From Promethearchaeota archaeon (GTDB lineage: Archaea; Asgardarchaeota; Lokiarchaeia; Sigyniarchaeales; SOKP01): a stretch of DNA of 64,000 nucleotides. The position numbers and the translations under genes were made by a program. The stretch is from the NCBI GenBank assembly GCA_048937405.1, contig JBHLNF010000001.1, positions 912,785 through 976,784 on the forward strand, written 5' to 3'. Under the pieces are notes generated by a model. The model searched no databases, was not told the origin of the DNA, and saw only the letters and a program-made list of their open reading frames with translations. Below, piece after piece: positions 60,030 through 64,000 of this stretch (position 1 is the first letter of the stretch; the number at the start of each line of letters is the position of its first letter).

Positions 60030-61700
60030 TTGAATTTAAATACTGAAGAATTAGCTGAAAAGGTAAAAATAATGGAATCTAAAGAAGCTGTTGAATTTCT
60101 AATTTCAATACTTTCTACATCAAAAAATGTAGAATTGAAAATAAAGGCAGCAGATCTTTTAACTGAGTATGCAGATATTGATAAAAAAGATATTCAAGAG
60201 ATAAAAACTGTATTTGTTAAGGATCATCATCCTCGATTACGGCTTAAATTAATTGATTTAATAGCATCATATCATCAATATGAAGGAAGAGACTTTTTAA
60301 AAGAACAATATAAAAATTGTAAAGATGGAACAGTTCGAAAACTTATAATCAAAAAGGTCGGAAATGGGGCTCTAAATGATTCAATCCCATTTCTTATTGA
60401 ATCTTTAACTGATTCCGACATTGAAGCAAAAAAAGAGGCAATAATCCTCTTAGGGAAGTCTAATGCAGTTGATGCAATAAAACCATTAATTGATATGTTT
60501 CATTTTAGGAATGTCGATATTTATAATTCCCTGATTGATACTATTGTGAAAATTGGAAAAAGAGAAAACTTGCAGGTCATTAATGAGTATATAGATACAG
60601 AAGATCTCTATATTAAGCGAGAGATTCCTGTAATACTTGGAAAAATAAAACATAAGGAAAGTGAAAAAATCCTGCTTAACTTTCTAAAAGATAAAGATAC
60701 AATTATACGGAAAAATTCTTTGAAAGCTTTAGAAAAATTAATCGAATTGAAGAATATAAAGTATATTATAGAGTTATTAAAAGATGAAAATATTGAAGTT
60801 AAGAAAGAAGCCATTCGAGTATTAGGAAATGTTGGAAGTAAGAGAGCTATATCCCCTTTATTTGAAATAATTAAAGAAAATGATGCAAAAATACGAAATC
60901 TTTCCAAAAATGCTCTTTTTAAGATTTTTAAAAAAAATAAATCCTTTGAATCCATTTATGAGGTAGCGAAAGGAAGAAACACCAATGCAAGAAGAGAAGC
61001 TATAAAATTATTAGGAATGTTAAAAGATGTTAGTGCAATTGACTTTCTAATATCTATTTTTAATAGTAAAGTAGCAAGTGTAAGAGGATCTGCTTATCGA
61101 TCACTTCTAAAAATTTTAGATAATAAAATTGATAATAAAATTCTCAATGCGCTATCGGATAAATCTTCACAAATAAGAATGTTTTGTGTTAAAATTTTAG
61201 GTGAAATTAGAGATCCAAGTACCATTAATCATATTTTTAATCTAATTGAGGATAATAATGGAAGTGTTAGAAAATCAGCTATTGATGCTTTAATCAAGCT
61301 TGAACATACTAAAGTGTTAGAATTTGCAAATAATGCATTGAACAGTCCAAATTGGAAAACTCGTAGAGCTGCTGTTAAAATCCTATTAAGAACAGGAAGT
61401 AGAGATTCATTAAACTCTCTCATTACATGTCTAGATGATGATGATATATATATCAAAAGTTGGGCGGCTATGGCCTTAGGAAATCTTAAAGATATAGACA
61501 CTATTGAACCCTTTATTCAATTATTGAAAGAAGATGATGAGAAAATAAGAATTTCTGTTGCGAAAGCCTTAGGTGAGATTGCAAATAAAGATGCCATCAA
61601 ACCTCTCATACAATCATTAGGAGACGATAATTGGAATGTACGAAAAGAAATTGAGAAAGCTCTAAATCGAATTGATCCAGACTGGATGAGTTATTTATAA
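60030..61700 (+). CDS. HEAT/PBS-lyase repeat protein
   Basis: More than a dozen ~31-aa repeats of the type L.D.D..VR..A..ALG.I....AI.PLI..L. Confidence 0.92.
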   Translation: MNLNTEELAEKVKIMESKEAVEFLISILSTSKNVELKIKAADLLTEYADIDKKDIQEIKTVFVKDHHPRLRLKLIDLIASYHQYEGRDFLKEQYKNCKDGTVRKLIIKKVGNGALNDSIPFLIESLTDSDIEAKKEAIILLGKSNAVDAIKPLIDMFHFRNVDIYNSLIDTIVKIGKRENLQVINEYIDTEDLYIKREIPVILGKIKHKESEKILLNFLKDKDTIIRKNSLKALEKLIELKNIKYIIELLKDENIEVKKEAIRVLGNVGSKRAISPLFEIIKENDAKIRNLSKNALFKIFKKNKSFESIYEVAKGRNTNARREAIKLLGMLKDVSAIDFLISIFNSKVASVRGSAYRSLLKILDNKIDNKILNALSDKSSQIRMFCVKILGEIRDPSTINHIFNLIEDNNGSVRKSAIDALIKLEHTKVLEFANNALNSPNWKTRRAAVKILLRTGSRDSLNSLITCLDDDDIYIKSWAAMALGNLKDIDTIEPFIQLLKEDDEKIRISVAKALGEIANKDAIKPLIQSLGDDNWNVRKEIEKALNRIDPDWMSYL

Positions 61701-61750
61701 AAATATATATATTATTGACTTTAAGAAGCTATTTTGATTTTTTATATTAA

Positions 61751-62137
61751 TTAATATAATTTAACTAAGTTTTGAATAACTTCTTCTAATTGATTGACTA
61801 TTAAGTTTGTATTGGACTCTTTTTTCACAATCAAAATTAAGAATGTTTTATTGTCGCATATAAAAATTAGTATTGTTTTATTTTCTAATTCAGTAATAAT
61901 CTTTGAGATTCTTATATTACCCATTGTTTCGCCAATACCTGAGGCACTCTCTAATACTGAAGCACACATAGAAGTGAAATTTTTGGTGTTAAATCCATCT
62001 TCTGTAATTTCTGTAATTATACTCCCATCTCTATAAGCAAATATTATTGATTCGAGGTTTCCTTTTTGATTGAACTCAGTAAGAAGATGTTGTGCTTTGT
62101 TTGACTTTTCTAGATTTGAATTATTCATATATTTCAT
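61751..62137 (-). CDS. Roadblock/LC7 domain protein
   Basis: IIFAYRDGSII, SMCASVLESA..IG, IITELENKTILIF. Confidence 0.85.
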   Translation of the reverse strand: MKYMNNSNLEKSNKAQHLLTEFNQKGNLESIIFAYRDGSIITEITEDGFNTKNFTSMCASVLESASGIGETMGNIRISKIITELENKTILIFICDNKTFLILIVKKESNTNLIVNQLEEVIQNLVKLY

Positions 62138-62234
62138 TAAATTATATATTTCAGGTTCAGTAAATATGATTCTATAAACTAGTAAATCTCTTAAGTATTT
62201 AGATTTAAATGTATAGCTTTTTTATAAAACTATT

Positions 62235-62447
62235 ATGAAATCGTCAGAGGCTCGTAAATTACTACAAATTACAAAGCCTACGCTATATAAATTTAAAGAA
62301 AATGGATTTATAAATATAGATCGTTTACCTAATGGATATTGGGATTTTGATGAAGAATCTGTATATTCATTTTTTAATAAAGATATTCCACGAAAGATTT
62401 ATACTTATTTACGAGTTTCTACAAATAAACAGAAGAAAAACCTATAA
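62235..62447 (+). pseudogene. tnpA: Truncated IS607 serine transposase (HTH and start of the catalytic domain only)
   Basis: MKSSEARKLLQITKPTLY...LPNGYWDFDEESV...YLRVSTNKQKKNL* stops just after the catalytic Ser motif. Confidence 0.85.
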
Positions 62448-62479
62448 TTCAACAATTAATATCAAAAGATGGTGTTTAA

Positions 62480-63670
62480 ATGAAGTTAACTGAGATCATT
62501 CAGGTAATGAAATCAAAGGAACTGTCTAAGCTGTGTCACTTGGCTAAAAATTTATACAATTTATCTAATTGGTATTATAGACAAGCCTTATTCAATTTGG
62601 GTAATTTTCTCAGTTATTACGATCTGGATTTCATGTTAAAACATCATGAATGCTATAAAACCTTGCCAGCTCAAACATCTCAACAAGTATTAAAGTTGGT
62701 CATCAAGAATTGGAAATCTTACTTTAGAGCCAAGAGAGAATGGAACATGAACAAGTTCAAGTTTAAACGTGTTCCAAAGATACCAAGATATAAGAGAAAA
62801 GATGGAGAGTCCATTGTCATTTTCACGAATCAGAATGCAAGAATAAAAGATGATGGATGCCTTCATTTTCCTAAGAAATGTGATTTAAAACCTGTTAAGA
62901 CTCGCATTACACAATTTCAACAGGTTAGAATAATACCATTTGGGGATAGATATAAAATCGAAATAATATACGAGAGAGAAGCAAAAGATTTAGGTTTGAA
63001 TAAGGATGCTGTCGTAAGCATTGATTTGGGTTTGAACAATCTCATATCTGCTGTAAATAATAAAGGTTTGAATCCTTTTATTGTTAAAGGTGGGAATGTC
63101 AAATCTGTAAATCATTACTACAATAAGCAATTAGCACGTTATAGAAGCATTGAAAGGAAGAAGGGTAATCTTATAGATACGAAAAGAATTAGGAGATTAC
63201 ATCTGAAGAGAAATAACAAAATTATCGATCACTTCCACAAAATCTCTAAGAAGGTGATTACCTATTGCAAAGAAAATGATATAGGGACGATAGTAATTGG
63301 ATATAACGAAGGATGGAAGCAGAAATGCAATATAGGGAAATTAAATAATCAAAAATTTGTTCAAATTCCTTTTACTACATTATTTCAACAGATTGCATAT
63401 AAGGGAAAGCTGATTGGTATTGATGTAGTGTTAATAGATGAAAGTTATACGAGTAAATGCTCTTTTTTAGACGGAGAAGAGATCAAGAACCATTCCACTT
63501 ATGTAGGGAAGAGAGTTAAAAGAGGATTATTCAAATCTCAGGATGGAACGATTATTAATGCCGATGTGAATGCAGGATATAACATCATGAAGAAAGCATT
63601 CCCAAATTCTATAACTGAAGATGGGATACAGGGTTTGGTGTTAAACCCACAAGTTGTCAAGATTTCTTGA
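62480..63670 (+). CDS. tnpB: RNA-guided nuclease TnpB
   Basis: AKNLYN, LPAQTSQQ, SIDLGLNN, DHFHK.S, ESYTSKCS, INADVNAGYNI. Confidence 0.93.
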   Translation: MKLTEIIQVMKSKELSKLCHLAKNLYNLSNWYYRQALFNLGNFLSYYDLDFMLKHHECYKTLPAQTSQQVLKLVIKNWKSYFRAKREWNMNKFKFKRVPKIPRYKRKDGESIVIFTNQNARIKDDGCLHFPKKCDLKPVKTRITQFQQVRIIPFGDRYKIEIIYEREAKDLGLNKDAVVSIDLGLNNLISAVNNKGLNPFIVKGGNVKSVNHYYNKQLARYRSIERKKGNLIDTKRIRRLHLKRNNKIIDHFHKISKKVITYCKENDIGTIVIGYNEGWKQKCNIGKLNNQKFVQIPFTTLFQQIAYKGKLIGIDVVLIDESYTSKCSFLDGEEIKNHSTYVGKRVKRGLFKSQDGTIINADVNAGYNIMKKAFPNSITEDGIQGLVLNPQVVKIS

Positions 63671-63753
63671 TAATTTTAAATAAGATTAGGTATGTTCTCC
63701 TAGTTTTGATAACATGGTTAATTAAATAAAACTATTTATTTATAGTAATATAT

Positions 63754-64000
63754 ATGGAAAAAGCGAATTCTCATAAAAAAATAGTTCAATTAATAAAAAA
63801 TTCGAATGAAGAATTTATCGAAAAAGAATTGCGTCCATTTTTAAGAATTCCAAGTAATACTCTTAATCAAGAAGGTATTAAGCAAGCAGAAAATTATCTC
63901 ATCTCTTATATCTCCAAATTTTCCGAAGATATAAATGAATTTAAAGGTGAAATCAATCCCCTAATCGTTGCTAATGTTCAGGGAGTAATCAAGAATCCAT
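63754..64000 (+). CDS. N-terminus of a probable M20/ArgE-DapE family metallohydrolase (3'-truncated by the window edge)
   Basis: MEKANSHKK...ELRPFLRIPSNT...NPLIVANVQG, open to the end of the window. Confidence 0.55.
   Translation, partial: MEKANSHKKIVQLIKNSNEEFIEKELRPFLRIPSNTLNQEGIKQAENYLISYISKFSEDINEFKGEINPLIVANVQGVIKNP

Larger units (their letters stand above)
62170..63713 (+). mobile_element. IS607-family element, non-autonomous (truncated tnpA plus intact tnpB); ends approximate
   Basis: HTH + YLRVST serine-recombinase start directly upstream of tnpB; candidate right end ...AGTTTTGATAAC at 63713. Confidence 0.75.

Noticed and set aside
694-63102. Short ORFs antisense or nested within long genes (e.g. 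694-933, 7049-7273, 18391-18648, 38292-38654, 60608-60955, 62917-63102)
   Set aside because: Shadows of well-supported genes on the opposite strand with no motifs of their own.
1-64000. CRISPR array, cas genes, rRNA, tRNA, integrase
   Set aside because: No regularly spaced repeats, RNA-gene motifs or tyrosine-recombinase motifs seen by eye.

Overview
AT-rich archaeal DNA that reads as an Asgard archaeon, probably Lokiarchaeia/Promethearchaeota. This is inferred from archaeal information genes (aIF5B, class I CCA enzyme, TFB, Taw1, EF-2 homologue, RadA paralogue) together with eukaryotic-signature proteins (two Rab-like GTPases, an Arf/Rag-like GTPase, a roadblock protein). The most structured part is ~6.2-18.5 kb, a rearranged uvrA-infB locus. 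It holds three copies of the uvrA promoter/5' end (two direct copies flanking a glycyl-radical enzyme, one inverted), a duplicated uvrA 3' end, and a stop-containing infB 5' fragment that differs from the functional infB mostly at synonymous sites. It also holds a MarR cassette bracketed by 134-bp inverted repeats and a free-standing LAGLIDADG endonuclease between the second uvrA end and the intact infB, so an 'empty' and a 'filled' version of the uvrA-infB junction lie 4.3 kb apart. The middle has a small-GTPase/alpha-solenoid neighbourhood, an uncharacterised membrane/Zn-ribbon gene run and a Taw1 with an inserted HTH-like segment. The right part has acetate/2-oxoacid metabolism genes and a defective IS607-type element whose TnpB has a rearranged RuvC site. 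I found no rRNA, tRNA or CRISPR array. All calls come from motif recognition and manual alignment; no searches were run.
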